A stretch of 64,000 nucleotides of DNA from an uncultured Bacteroidales bacterium (GTDB lineage Bacteria > Bacteroidota > Bacteroidia > Bacteroidales > PWNQ01), in the NCBI GenBank assembly GCA_964477095.1, contig CAYZDA010000003.1, forward strand, positions 21,650 to 85,649, read 5' to 3'. How positions within the stretch are numbered: the first letter of the stretch is position 1; every line of letters starts with the position of its first letter. Shown piece by piece: positions 19,037 through 28,468 of this stretch. A program made the position numbers and the translations under genes. The notes beneath the pieces were generated by a model. It did not search any database and was not told the DNA's origin. It saw nothing but the letters and a program-made list of their open reading frames with translations.

Positions 19037-19816
19037 ATGCGGACAAAAGATGAGATCGTGCAAAACTGGTTGCCCCGCTATACCGGACTCAGCCTGGAAA
19101 AAACAGGGAATCACATACTGCTGGTGAACTTCCAGGAATATGTGGAAAAATTTGCAGAAATACTGGGCTCTACCGTAGTGGGCCTTGACCGCCAGATGCC
19201 TTCCAGCACCTCAGGCGACATCACTATAATTAATATTGGTATGGGCAGTGCCAATGCAGCCACCATCATGGACCTGCTCAGTGCAGTGAAGCCACGGGCT
19301 GCTCTTTTCCTGGGTAAATGTGGCGGACTGAAGAGAAAGAACCAATTGGGTGACCTGATTCTTCCCATTGCTGCAATACGCGGAGAAGGAACCTCTAACG
19401 ATTACTTCCCGCCTGAAGTGCCAGCTTTGCCTGCATTTAACCTGCAAAAGGCCATCTCAACCACTATCCGCGAACACCAGCGTGATTACTGGACAGGAAC
19501 GGTATTTACCACTAACCGCAGAGTGTGGGAACATGATAATGAATTTAAAGCCTATCTGAGAAGAGTGCGCGCTATGGCCATTGATATGGAAACAGCTACT
19601 ATTTTCACTGCCGGCTTTGCCAATAATATTCCCACCGGAGCTTTGCTGCTGATTTCCGATCAGCCCATGATCTCCACCGGGGTAAAAACAGAGAAATCCG
19701 ACCGGGAGGTTACCGAAAAATTTGTACATGAACACCTGCAGATAGGAATTGATTCACTGATGCAGCTGATCAACAACAACCTGACAGTGAAACACCTGAA
19801 ATTTGACATAAAATAA
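19037..19816 (+). CDS. Nucleoside phosphorylase-fold protein, short AMP-nucleosidase-like
   Basis: PNP_UDP_1-type motifs ITIINIGMGSANAATIMDLL and AIDMETATIF. 259 aa, as in short Bacteroidota AMP nucleosidases. Confidence 0.7.
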   Translation: MRTKDEIVQNWLPRYTGLSLEKTGNHILLVNFQEYVEKFAEILGSTVVGLDRQMPSSTSGDITIINIGMGSANAATIMDLLSAVKPRAALFLGKCGGLKRKNQLGDLILPIAAIRGEGTSNDYFPPEVPALPAFNLQKAISTTIREHQRDYWTGTVFTTNRRVWEHDNEFKAYLRRVRAMAIDMETATIFTAGFANNIPTGALLLISDQPMISTGVKTEKSDREVTEKFVHEHLQIGIDSLMQLINNNLTVKHLKFDIK

Positions 19817-19822
19817 GTAATT

Positions 19823-20839
19823 ATGGCTAAAAGCGTTACAGACGAGTTCAGGGAAATATACCAGGATCTCAGGAATAAGGTTTATCAGCCGGTTTATCTT
19901 TTTCAGGGAGAAGAGTCATTTTTTATAGATAAACTGGTGGAATTTATTGAAGATAATGTACTGACAGAATCAGAAAAGGAATTTAACCTGGATGTACTTT
20001 ACGGCAAGGATATCACTCCCTCCCAGTTAATATCCTCAGCACGCAGGTATCCTATGATGTCGAATCATCATGTGGTGATTGTGAAGGAAGCACAATCGAT
20101 GAAAGGATTGGATGATCTACTGCCATACGTTGAAAATCCGCTAAAGTCAACATTGCTGGTGCTGGTTCATAAACACAAGACCATTGACGGCCGGAAAGCA
20201 CTTGGAAAGGCCCTCAAGAAAAAAGGAGTGGTTTTTAATTCCAAAAAACTTTATGACAACCAGATCCCTGACTGGATTAATACTTATCTGGGAAACCGGA
20301 AGTTTACCATTGCCCCCAAAGCATCAGTCATGATTACTGAATACGTGGGTAATGATCTTTCAAAAATTGCCAATGAACTCAATAAACTGATCATTAATTT
20401 AGATCCCGGTACTGAAATTCAGGATCACCATATTGAAGAAAATATTGGGATTAGCAAAGATTATAATATTTTCGAATTGCAAAACGCCATCGGCAGCAGA
20501 GACCGTGAAAAAGCCTACATGATCGCTGATTACTTTGGCAAAAACTCCAAATCGTTTCCTTTGCTGCGCATCACATCTAACTTATATTTTTATTTTACCA
20601 AATTAATGCTGATACATAAGTCAAGATCAAAAAATCCCCGTGATCTTGGTGCTATCTTAGGATTACATCCATTTCTTGTGAAAGACTACCTCACAGCAGC
20701 CGGTAATTATTCTTTCGGAAAAGTGGGTGCAGTAATCCATGAGATTAAGGAATACGACCTGAAATCCAAAGGCATCGACAACTCATCAACTGAAGATGGT
20801 GAGCTTTTGCGTGAGCTTGTCTTCAGAATATTACATTGA
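19823..20839 (+). CDS. holA: DNA polymerase III subunit delta
   Basis: 338 aa. The N-terminus with PVYLFQGEESFFID and overall layout are typical of HolA. Confidence 0.85.
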   Translation: MAKSVTDEFREIYQDLRNKVYQPVYLFQGEESFFIDKLVEFIEDNVLTESEKEFNLDVLYGKDITPSQLISSARRYPMMSNHHVVIVKEAQSMKGLDDLLPYVENPLKSTLLVLVHKHKTIDGRKALGKALKKKGVVFNSKKLYDNQIPDWINTYLGNRKFTIAPKASVMITEYVGNDLSKIANELNKLIINLDPGTEIQDHHIEENIGISKDYNIFELQNAIGSRDREKAYMIADYFGKNSKSFPLLRITSNLYFYFTKLMLIHKSRSKNPRDLGAILGLHPFLVKDYLTAAGNYSFGKVGAVIHEIKEYDLKSKGIDNSSTEDGELLRELVFRILH

Positions 20840-21142
20840 TTTTCTGGAGCTTATCTGTATCTTTAACCCTAACACATCAATCCACAAAGGAGCAGGAAAA
20901 TGACATATGAGCCGGTAATTTCTCCACTATTCACGGTTCATTTATTCGCTCAGTGCGGAATACAATAAATACTACGGGCCGGCAGGAGCATACAAAGAAG
21001 CCGGGAGCCTTCAGCTTTAAGCGCCCCGGTGTATCCAATATTGAAAGCAGGAGTTTTATTCAGGACAGAAATTATCCCTCGGCGATAAAGCGTCCGGACA
21101 ATATCTGTTGTATCTTTATCCGGTCATTTAAACCCGGTTTTC

Positions 21143-22291
21143 ATGAAAAAAAGAAGATACACGCCACGCCGTCTGCTTACCATTTTAATCATTTTTTTGG
21201 TTCTGATGGGCATATTCTACCTTGCAGCTCCAAAATATGTAAGCCGCGCGCTCATATATCAAAAAGTAAACATTGATGATTATAAGATATTCCATAACCG
21301 TGAAGTAAAAGCTGAATCGCCCGCATACTGGGAAACGTCAGAAGTAAAAAAAGAAATACCCTCAGAGTATCTGGAAGGCATGAAGGAATATGAACCTGTT
21401 GCTTTTCTGGTTGTAAAAGATAAAAAGATCGTGAGCGAACATTACTGGAATGGTTATGATAAAGATTCCCGCTCCAATGCTTTTTCTGCCACCAAGAGCA
21501 TAGTCTCACTGCTGGTGGGCATTGCTTACGATAAAGGTCATATCAAATCGCTGGATCAACCGCTCGGCGATTATTTTCATGAGTATGCAGAAGGACGCAA
21601 ATCTGAAGTAACGATCAGGCACCTGCTTACTATGAGTTCGGGGCTCAACTGGGATGAAAGCTATGGCAGCCTGTTTTCAACCACTACTGAAGCTTATTAC
21701 GGCACCGATATCAGCAGCCTGGTAATGGACCTGGAAGTGGTGGAAGAGCCCGGCAAAGAATTCAAGTATCTGAGTGGAAACACTCAACTACTGGGGCTAT
21801 TGGTATCAGAAGCAACAGGAACCACCCTGTCAGAGTTTGCTTCCCGGCATCTTTGGACACCTGTGGGCGCTGTGCATGATGCTCTATGGTCGCTTGATGA
21901 TGAAGGCGGGGATGAAAAAGCTTATTGCTGCTTCAACTCCAATGCCAGGGATTTAGCACGCATAGGTCAGCTGGTTCTTGACAGCGGCAAAGCAGGCGGC
22001 AAACAAGTGGTTTCTGCTGAATACATGGCACAGGCTACTTCGCCGGCCTCATACCTGAAGGATAAACACGGAAAAACTAACGACTTCTATGGTTATCAAT
22101 GGTGGATGGTTAATTACAAGGGTCACGAGGTGAAGTATGCCCGCGGCATACTCGGACAGTATATTTTTGTAATACCGGATCTCAGGGTAGTAACTGTGAG
22201 GCTGGGGCATAAGCGCAGCAAAGAATACAAAGGGCATCATCCAACGGACGTTTTCCTCTATCTGGATGCCACGTTACAAATGCTTCTATGA
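21143..22291 (+). CDS. Serine hydrolase (class C beta-lactamase/transpeptidase-like family)
   Basis: N-terminal anchor and the SxxK active-site motif FSATKS. Beta-lactamase-family length and pattern. Confidence 0.8.
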   Translation: MKKRRYTPRRLLTILIIFLVLMGIFYLAAPKYVSRALIYQKVNIDDYKIFHNREVKAESPAYWETSEVKKEIPSEYLEGMKEYEPVAFLVVKDKKIVSEHYWNGYDKDSRSNAFSATKSIVSLLVGIAYDKGHIKSLDQPLGDYFHEYAEGRKSEVTIRHLLTMSSGLNWDESYGSLFSTTTEAYYGTDISSLVMDLEVVEEPGKEFKYLSGNTQLLGLLVSEATGTTLSEFASRHLWTPVGAVHDALWSLDDEGGDEKAYCCFNSNARDLARIGQLVLDSGKAGGKQVVSAEYMAQATSPASYLKDKHGKTNDFYGYQWWMVNYKGHEVKYARGILGQYIFVIPDLRVVTVRLGHKRSKEYKGHHPTDVFLYLDATLQMLL

Positions 22292-24613
22292 TCAGAATTC
22301 CCATGAAACCCCCAGGGAAGGCATAACCGGCAACTGGTCCACACGCTCACCCGTTACCCGGTCGATATAGAAGATGTTTTGTCTGTTGTACATATTGGTT
22401 ACACTGGCCTTCACTTCGATTTTAGAATCCACCGATGGATAAAACATCCGGCTGACACCAATATCCAGGCGATGATAGGTTGGGAAGCGCTTGCTGTTGA
22501 TCTCGCCGTAATAGATGGTAAAATCCCCGTTGTCACTAATGTAGTCGCCGTTTATACCTTCATCAAAAATGATCTTGGGGTAATATCCAGCGCTGGGCGT
22601 GAACGGGAAACCGGAACCGAAATTCCAGCGTGCATTGATCTTCCAGTTGAGGTTTTTGCCCAGCTTGTATGACCCCACCAGGTTGATGTTATGGCGGCGG
22701 TCGTAATGAGGATTATAAGTTATAAACTCATCAGTTTTCTCCACATATCCCAATGAATACACTGCCCAGAGATAAAGCCTCAGATCACTGTATTTAACCG
22801 TCATATCCACACCTTTGGCATGTCCTTTTTCCACTATGAAATCCTTTTTCAGATAACCAGGCTTGTCCGAATATTCAGGAGAATCATTAAATATTTTGTT
22901 GCGGTTTAGGTTGGTGAGCTGTGAGAATCTCTTGTAATATGCTTCCAGGTTAACAATTATCCGGTCGGTTACATCAATCTCAACTCCTCCCACTGCATGC
23001 TGAGCTTTTTGGAGCCTGGTAGTAATTCCTTCACCCTGGAATTCTTCCGGAAGATTTTCAGGCCCGGAAACAAAGCCATAAAACAGATTTACCACATCTT
23101 TGTCGTATTTAGTGGAAATAAGGTTCTGAGAATATAATCCTCCGGCTACTTTCAACCGCAGGTAATCGGTGAGATTATATTTGGCAGCAATGCGCGGCTC
23201 GGGCGAAAACTCCGACAATGAGGCATAGTAATGAGCACGAAAACTGGGCTCCAGTATCAGCTTGCCAAACATCATCTTATACTCCATAAACCCGGATAAT
23301 TCCGTAGTGTTTTCTACTTGTTCGATCTTCCGGTTCACAGCGTTGTAAAACTCCAGCTGGGTTTTGAAGCCCTGCAAAGCCAGGCCGTATTTAAATTGAT
23401 TTTTACCTAAATAATACGTAAAGTTTAATCCCAGGTTGAAGCCGTTGATAATACTTTCCCGGGGCTTAATTTCAGGCGTGTGCTGGGTAATGCGATACTG
23501 CGAATAGGCAAAGTTTCCGTCGATAAGCACATCCGCATTCTCAGGAACCACCACAAAATTGGTACCCCCGCCTGCATTAACCCAATCGTATTCGCTGATG
23601 CCGCGATACAGCACATTGTCATCAAAATTAAATCCGAAGAAATTAATTTTGGATCCGTTGGCACCCATAAAAGAGAATTTACCATAGATATCGGTATAAT
23701 TAAATGGTAAGCCTTCTTCATCCACAAAATCATATAATACCCGGGAGCTTTCTTCAAGCAGTGAACGCTTGGCAGAAATGATAAAGGACGAGCTGGCAGT
23801 AGTGGAGTCTGTTTGTTTTTTTATGGGGCCTTCAAACAGCGCTTTAGCCTGAAACGGACTCACCGACAGCTTCACTTTTGATTCTCTTTTATTCCCTTCG
23901 CGTGTAGTAATATCCATTACGGATGAAATTCGTCCGCCATATTCAGCGGAAAATCCACCGGTGTAAACATCGGCCTGCCGGATAATATCAGTGTCAAACA
24001 CTGAAAACAAACCTATGGAATGAAATGGATTATACACTACCATGCCATCAAGTAACACCATATTCTGCACAGGTGATCCACCCCGGATGTATAGCTGCCC
24101 GCCCTGATCTCCCGTAAAGATTACCCCTGGCAGCACCTGCAGGTATTGGGCCAGGTCCGGCTCCCCGCCCACAGAGGGTATCTGCCTGATTTCCTTGGGC
24201 TGAATCTTCACCACCGAGGTTTTGGTTTCTGTTTTGGCCGCCTGTTTTTCAGCAGAAACATTTACCGTTTCCAGATCATAAGCACCTGATGTTACGTACA
24301 GCTTTTTGTTAATGATGCCACCAGCCTTGATTGTTACCGGCATGGTAAGCGAATCATACCCCAGGGCGGTTACCATCAGTTCGTAGTCGCCAGGTGGTAT
24401 TTTGGAAATAGAGAAAAATCCATTAACATCTGTGGAAGCCCCCATAGTAGTACCTTTCAGATATACATTGATAAAAAGTACCGGCTCTCCTGATTTTTTA
24501 TCATAAACAAACCCACGGATGGTGCCTGTTTGGGCAGCAGTTTGCTGTGATGCTATTAAAAAGAAAAAAGTGACCAGCAGGCCTGTGGTTATAAAAATCC
24601 GTTTCATGATCAA
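22292..24613 (-). CDS. TonB-dependent receptor with an N-terminal carboxypeptidase-regulatory-like domain
   Basis: Signal peptide, a CarbopepD_reg-like region (GTIRGFVYDKKSGEPV...GDYELMVTALGY), a plug (IRGGSPVQNMVLLDGMVVYNP), and a C-terminal barrel ending in EF. Confidence 0.85.
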   Translation of the reverse strand: MIMKRIFITTGLLVTFFFLIASQQTAAQTGTIRGFVYDKKSGEPVLFINVYLKGTTMGASTDVNGFFSISKIPPGDYELMVTALGYDSLTMPVTIKAGGIINKKLYVTSGAYDLETVNVSAEKQAAKTETKTSVVKIQPKEIRQIPSVGGEPDLAQYLQVLPGVIFTGDQGGQLYIRGGSPVQNMVLLDGMVVYNPFHSIGLFSVFDTDIIRQADVYTGGFSAEYGGRISSVMDITTREGNKRESKVKLSVSPFQAKALFEGPIKKQTDSTTASSSFIISAKRSLLEESSRVLYDFVDEEGLPFNYTDIYGKFSFMGANGSKINFFGFNFDDNVLYRGISEYDWVNAGGGTNFVVVPENADVLIDGNFAYSQYRITQHTPEIKPRESIINGFNLGLNFTYYLGKNQFKYGLALQGFKTQLEFYNAVNRKIEQVENTTELSGFMEYKMMFGKLILEPSFRAHYYASLSEFSPEPRIAAKYNLTDYLRLKVAGGLYSQNLISTKYDKDVVNLFYGFVSGPENLPEEFQGEGITTRLQKAQHAVGGVEIDVTDRIIVNLEAYYKRFSQLTNLNRNKIFNDSPEYSDKPGYLKKDFIVEKGHAKGVDMTVKYSDLRLYLWAVYSLGYVEKTDEFITYNPHYDRRHNINLVGSYKLGKNLNWKINARWNFGSGFPFTPSAGYYPKIIFDEGINGDYISDNGDFTIYYGEINSKRFPTYHRLDIGVSRMFYPSVDSKIEVKASVTNMYNRQNIFYIDRVTGERVDQLPVMPSLGVSWEF

Positions 24614-25116
24614 TGCTGTGTTTTTGCCTGCCGCTTATCAATAACGGCATAATCAACTTCAGAAAGCGCGAATTTACATATAATTTCCGAACATGTATCA
24701 AATCAGATAGCTTATAACGGCATAAGCCTTCATTTAGTACTTGCCGTCCGGGAATTATCCATTCGAAAAGAACAATTTACACTAACGTATTACACCTTAG
24801 AATGCAAAGAGGCATAAGAGGCGCAGCAATACGAAAAACGCAACACTTATTCTGCCTGTCAACACCTTTTTCATGTGACGGAAGAATAACTGTTCATGGG
24901 TTGGTTTCAATCCGGAATTTGGCTGGCCGGGGAACCGGTAAATGGAATGAATCACACACATATGTATATAAACGCTGTATGAAGTAATTTAGAGTCTTCA
25001 TATAAGCTGCCATAAAGATTCTCACACAATTTTTCCGGCTTTGGCTTCAGATATGACATGCCTGAAATGACACCGGCCTGAAAAACAAACCAGGAACAAT
25101 TCCCCCACCGGGTGAT

Positions 25117-25908
25117 TTAGCCCGTTGGTCTGCGGCTGGGACCGCGCATAATTCCCCGGCTGGAATTTTGTATGAATGCCAGTATCTCATCGCGTTCGCG
25201 GGTAGCCGGCACCTCAGCTTCAATATAATCCATGGCCTGGGTCACATTCATATGTCTCAGGTAGATATGCCGGTAAATATCCTGGATCAGATTGATGGAT
25301 TCTGTGGAGAAACCTCTTCTTCTTAACCCGATGGAATTAATACCTGCATAGGAAATGGGTTCGCGGGCGGCTTTGGTGAATGGTGGCACGTCTTTTCTCA
25401 CCAGTGTACCTCCAGATATAAAGCTGTGCCCACCGATATTCACAAACTGGTGGACTGCTACCTGACCACCTATTATAGCCCAGTCGTGTATCTCAATATG
25501 CCCGGCCAGGGCAACGTTATTAGCGAGTATGCAATGGTCATTCACAATGCAGTCATGGGCAATATGCACATAGGCCATGATCAGGTTGTTGTTACCTATT
25601 ACCGTTTCATTATTGGCCTTTGTGCCACGGTTGATGGTAACAAATTCACGAATAATATTGTTATCACCTATTTTCACATAGGTTTCCTCGCCCTTATATT
25701 TCAAATCCTGGGGAACGGCGGAGATAACAGCTCCGGGAAATATCTTGTTGTTCTTCCCAATCCTGGCACCTTCCATGATGGTGGCGTTGGAACCTATCCA
25801 GGTTCCCTCGCCTATTTCCACATTTTTATGGATAGTAACGAAAGGCTCAATCACCACGTTATCGGCGATTTTTGCCTGGGGATGTACATATGCTAATGGT
25901 TGATTCAT
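25117..25908 (-). CDS. lpxA: Acyl-ACP--UDP-N-acetylglucosamine O-acyltransferase
   Basis: Left-handed beta-helix hexapeptide repeats and the LpxA C-terminal helical domain. It sits in an lpxD-lpxC/fabZ-lpxA operon. Confidence 0.95.
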   Translation of the reverse strand: MNQPLAYVHPQAKIADNVVIEPFVTIHKNVEIGEGTWIGSNATIMEGARIGKNNKIFPGAVISAVPQDLKYKGEETYVKIGDNNIIREFVTINRGTKANNETVIGNNNLIMAYVHIAHDCIVNDHCILANNVALAGHIEIHDWAIIGGQVAVHQFVNIGGHSFISGGTLVRKDVPPFTKAAREPISYAGINSIGLRRRGFSTESINLIQDIYRHIYLRHMNVTQAMDYIEAEVPATRERDEILAFIQNSSRGIMRGPSRRPTG

Positions 25909-25923
25909 AACACTTTCAATCTG

Positions 25924-27327
25924 TTATTTTTTTCGGGTAATCTGCGCGAGCAGGTCGGCTTCGGTCACAATGGTATCGCCCACAAAAGCTTTACCTTCCA
26001 TATGACACAGCCCTCTGCGTATGGGTGAAACCAGCTTCAGTTTAAACACAATGGTATCACCGGGCACGACTTTTTTGCGGAAGCGCACTTTGTCTATCTT
26101 CAGGAAATAAGTGCTGTATTCTTTAGGGTCATCCACCTGATGGAGTGCCAGGATGCCACCTGCCTGCGCCATAGCTTCAATTTGCAGAACGCCTGGCATA
26201 ACGGGCTCCTCAGGGAAATGCCCTGTAAAAAATGACTCATTCATCGTCACATTTTTCATTCCCACCACATGATCTTCGGAAATATCATAGATTCTGTCGA
26301 TGAGAAGGAAAGGGGGGCGATGAGGTAAAATGCTTTTGATCCGATTAATATCGTAGAGCGGTGGTGAGTTAAGATCGATCGCAGGAGCCGATTTGTCCTT
26401 ATTGTGCTCTTCCTTTAACAGTCTTTTCCTGATAATGGAGGCAAACTCTACGGTGGTTTTATGACCCGGTCTGCGGGCAATAAAATAGCCACGCAGCGGC
26501 CTTCCAACCAAAGCAAGATCGCCCAAAATATCCAGCAGTTTATGTCTTGCCGGTTCATTTGGATACTCGAGTTCCAGGTTATTTAATATTCCTTCTTCCA
26601 TAACTTCCACGCTTTCACGGCGCAGCTTTTCAGCTATATGGTCCAGCTCTTTCTGGCTGATCTTCTGATCCACGAAAACGATGGCATTATTGAGGTTTCC
26701 GCCACGGATAAGATGCTCCTGTGTGAAGAGTTGTTCGAGCTCATGTAAAAACACAAAGGTACGGGCTTTTGAGAATCCATCCTTAAAGTCACTGATATCG
26801 TCAAGTTGTGCATGTTGCACCTTCAGCACTTTGGTATTATAATCAATCATGCTGGATATCCTGAAACGCTCGGAAGGCACGGCCACAATCTCGGAGTTTT
26901 TATCATCCACCCTGTATTCCATAGGTTCATTAATATTGTAATACAGGCGATCTGCATTTTGCTCTTTTATTCCAACTTTCAGCAAGGCCTCCACATAGAA
27001 GCGGGAGCTACCGTCCATAATCGGAGTTTCTGGTCCGTCAATCTCAATGATCGCGTTATCAATCTGCAATCCTGCCAGTGCTGCCAGGGCGTGCTCCACA
27101 GTAGCCACGCGTACACCATTTTTTTCAAGGCTGGTGCCGCGGGTGGTATCCGCCACATTATCTGTAAGCGCTTCCACTACCGGTCGCCCTTCTATATCGG
27201 TACGAACAAATATGTAGCCGTGATTTTCGGGAGCCGGTTTAAAGGTCAGGATAACATTCCTGCCCGTATGCAAACCAACCCCGCTGAGTGACACTGGTTC
27301 ATTGATTGTTGTCTGCTTCTCACTCAT
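25924..27327 (-). CDS. lpxC: Bifunctional UDP-3-O-acyl-GlcNAc deacetylase / 3-hydroxyacyl-ACP dehydratase
   Basis: The N-terminal LpxC domain (GVGLHTG..., HKLLDILGDLAL) is fused to a C-terminal FabZ hot-dog domain (LPHRPPFLLIDRI...FTGHFP). This fusion is typical of Bacteroidota. Confidence 0.95.
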   Translation of the reverse strand: MSEKQTTINEPVSLSGVGLHTGRNVILTFKPAPENHGYIFVRTDIEGRPVVEALTDNVADTTRGTSLEKNGVRVATVEHALAALAGLQIDNAIIEIDGPETPIMDGSSRFYVEALLKVGIKEQNADRLYYNINEPMEYRVDDKNSEIVAVPSERFRISSMIDYNTKVLKVQHAQLDDISDFKDGFSKARTFVFLHELEQLFTQEHLIRGGNLNNAIVFVDQKISQKELDHIAEKLRRESVEVMEEGILNNLELEYPNEPARHKLLDILGDLALVGRPLRGYFIARRPGHKTTVEFASIIRKRLLKEEHNKDKSAPAIDLNSPPLYDINRIKSILPHRPPFLLIDRIYDISEDHVVGMKNVTMNESFFTGHFPEEPVMPGVLQIEAMAQAGGILALHQVDDPKEYSTYFLKIDKVRFRKKVVPGDTIVFKLKLVSPIRRGLCHMEGKAFVGDTIVTEADLLAQITRKK

Positions 27328-27346
27328 AACTGGTACTTTTGTCTGA

Positions 27347-28390
27347 CTATTTATTTTGATTTTTCAGGTCTTCAATCTGTTTTTCCAGGGCGGCAATTCT
27401 ATCCACCAGTTTTTGCAGGTTTTTAAAATGCACGAAGGATTTCTTGTAAAGGCTGTAATCGATAGCTGGTGATCCCAGGGCGGTAAATCCTTTTTCACGA
27501 ATAGAAGAGGCAACTCCCGACTGGGCTGCGATACGCACCTCATCCGCTATCTGCAGATGCCCAACTATGCCAACCTGCCCGCCTATCATGCAGCGTTTGC
27601 CAATTTTGCTGGAACCGGATACCCCGGTTAACGCAGCTATAACTGTGTTTTCATCCACTTCCACATTGTGGGCTATCTGGATGAGGTTGTCAAGTTTCAC
27701 CCCTTTGCGGATTATAGTAGAGCCCATGGTGGCACGGTCGATAGTAGTATTTGCACCTATCTCCACATGGTCTTCAATGATCACGTTGCCAATCTGGGCT
27801 ACTTTCTTGTAATTATTATCCTGCTGAGGAGCAAATCCAAAACCATCACTGCCCACGATCACACCCGCATGCAGTGTTACAGCTTTTCCTATCACACAAT
27901 TGTCATACACAACCACATTGCTGAATATCAAACTCTCGTCACCAACCTGGACATTATCGCCGATAACTGCACCCGAATATATCTTAACATTGTTTCCAAT
28001 CTTCACATTATTACCCACCACAGCAAAAGCTGCTATATAAACATTTTCGCCAACTTTAGCAGTATCTGCGATTTCAGCTTTATCCGATATTCCGGTTTTT
28101 TGATGCTTAATTTTATTGTATATCTCCAGCAGTTTTGCAAAGGCTGTATAAGGATCATCCACCCTGATTAAGGTGGGTTTAACCGGTTTTTCAGGTTTAA
28201 ATGATGCATCCACTATAACAATTGAAGCATTACTGGAATATATGTGTGAAGTATATTTAGGATTAGCAAGAAATGAAACCGATCCCGGTACTCCCTCCTC
28301 TATCTTGGAGACTTTATCAACCACTGTTGAGGGGTCTCCATCCAGGCTGCCATTTATCAATCCGGCAATTTTACTTGCTGTAAATTCCAT
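27347..28390 (-). CDS. lpxD: UDP-3-O-(3-hydroxyacyl)glucosamine N-acyltransferase
   Basis: LpxD N-terminal domain, hexapeptide repeats and a C-terminal coiled coil. Confidence 0.93.
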   Translation of the reverse strand: MEFTASKIAGLINGSLDGDPSTVVDKVSKIEEGVPGSVSFLANPKYTSHIYSSNASIVIVDASFKPEKPVKPTLIRVDDPYTAFAKLLEIYNKIKHQKTGISDKAEIADTAKVGENVYIAAFAVVGNNVKIGNNVKIYSGAVIGDNVQVGDESLIFSNVVVYDNCVIGKAVTLHAGVIVGSDGFGFAPQQDNNYKKVAQIGNVIIEDHVEIGANTTIDRATMGSTIIRKGVKLDNLIQIAHNVEVDENTVIAALTGVSGSSKIGKRCMIGGQVGIVGHLQIADEVRIAAQSGVASSIREKGFTALGSPAIDYSLYKKSFVHFKNLQKLVDRIAALEKQIEDLKNQNK

Positions 28391-28468
28391 TTTTAACTAC
28401 TTTAAAATTGATGCAAATGTAGTGTATGTTAGCCATAAATAGAAATAATTGGGTCATGAATTAATAAA

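Noticed and set aside
20953-21276. A 107-aa plus-strand ORF spanning the holA / serine-hydrolase gap.
   Set aside because: It overlaps the well-supported start and signal anchor of the hydrolase in another frame. It is basic and low-complexity and has no recognisable family.
24890-24950. The plus-strand GGGGAACCGGTAAATGG resembles part of the cobalamin riboswitch core (GGGAA..GGTGAAA.TCC).
   Set aside because: The match is partial and no B12 box (GCCACTG-like) is present. The orientation is also wrong: the only candidate regulated gene, the TonB-dependent receptor, is on the minus strand. The region is kept only as an unexplained long gap.
24802-24987. A 61-aa ORF in the long gap upstream of the TonB-dependent receptor.
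   Set aside because: It has no start-site context, an Arg/Gly/Cys-rich composition and no family resemblance. It is more likely non-coding.
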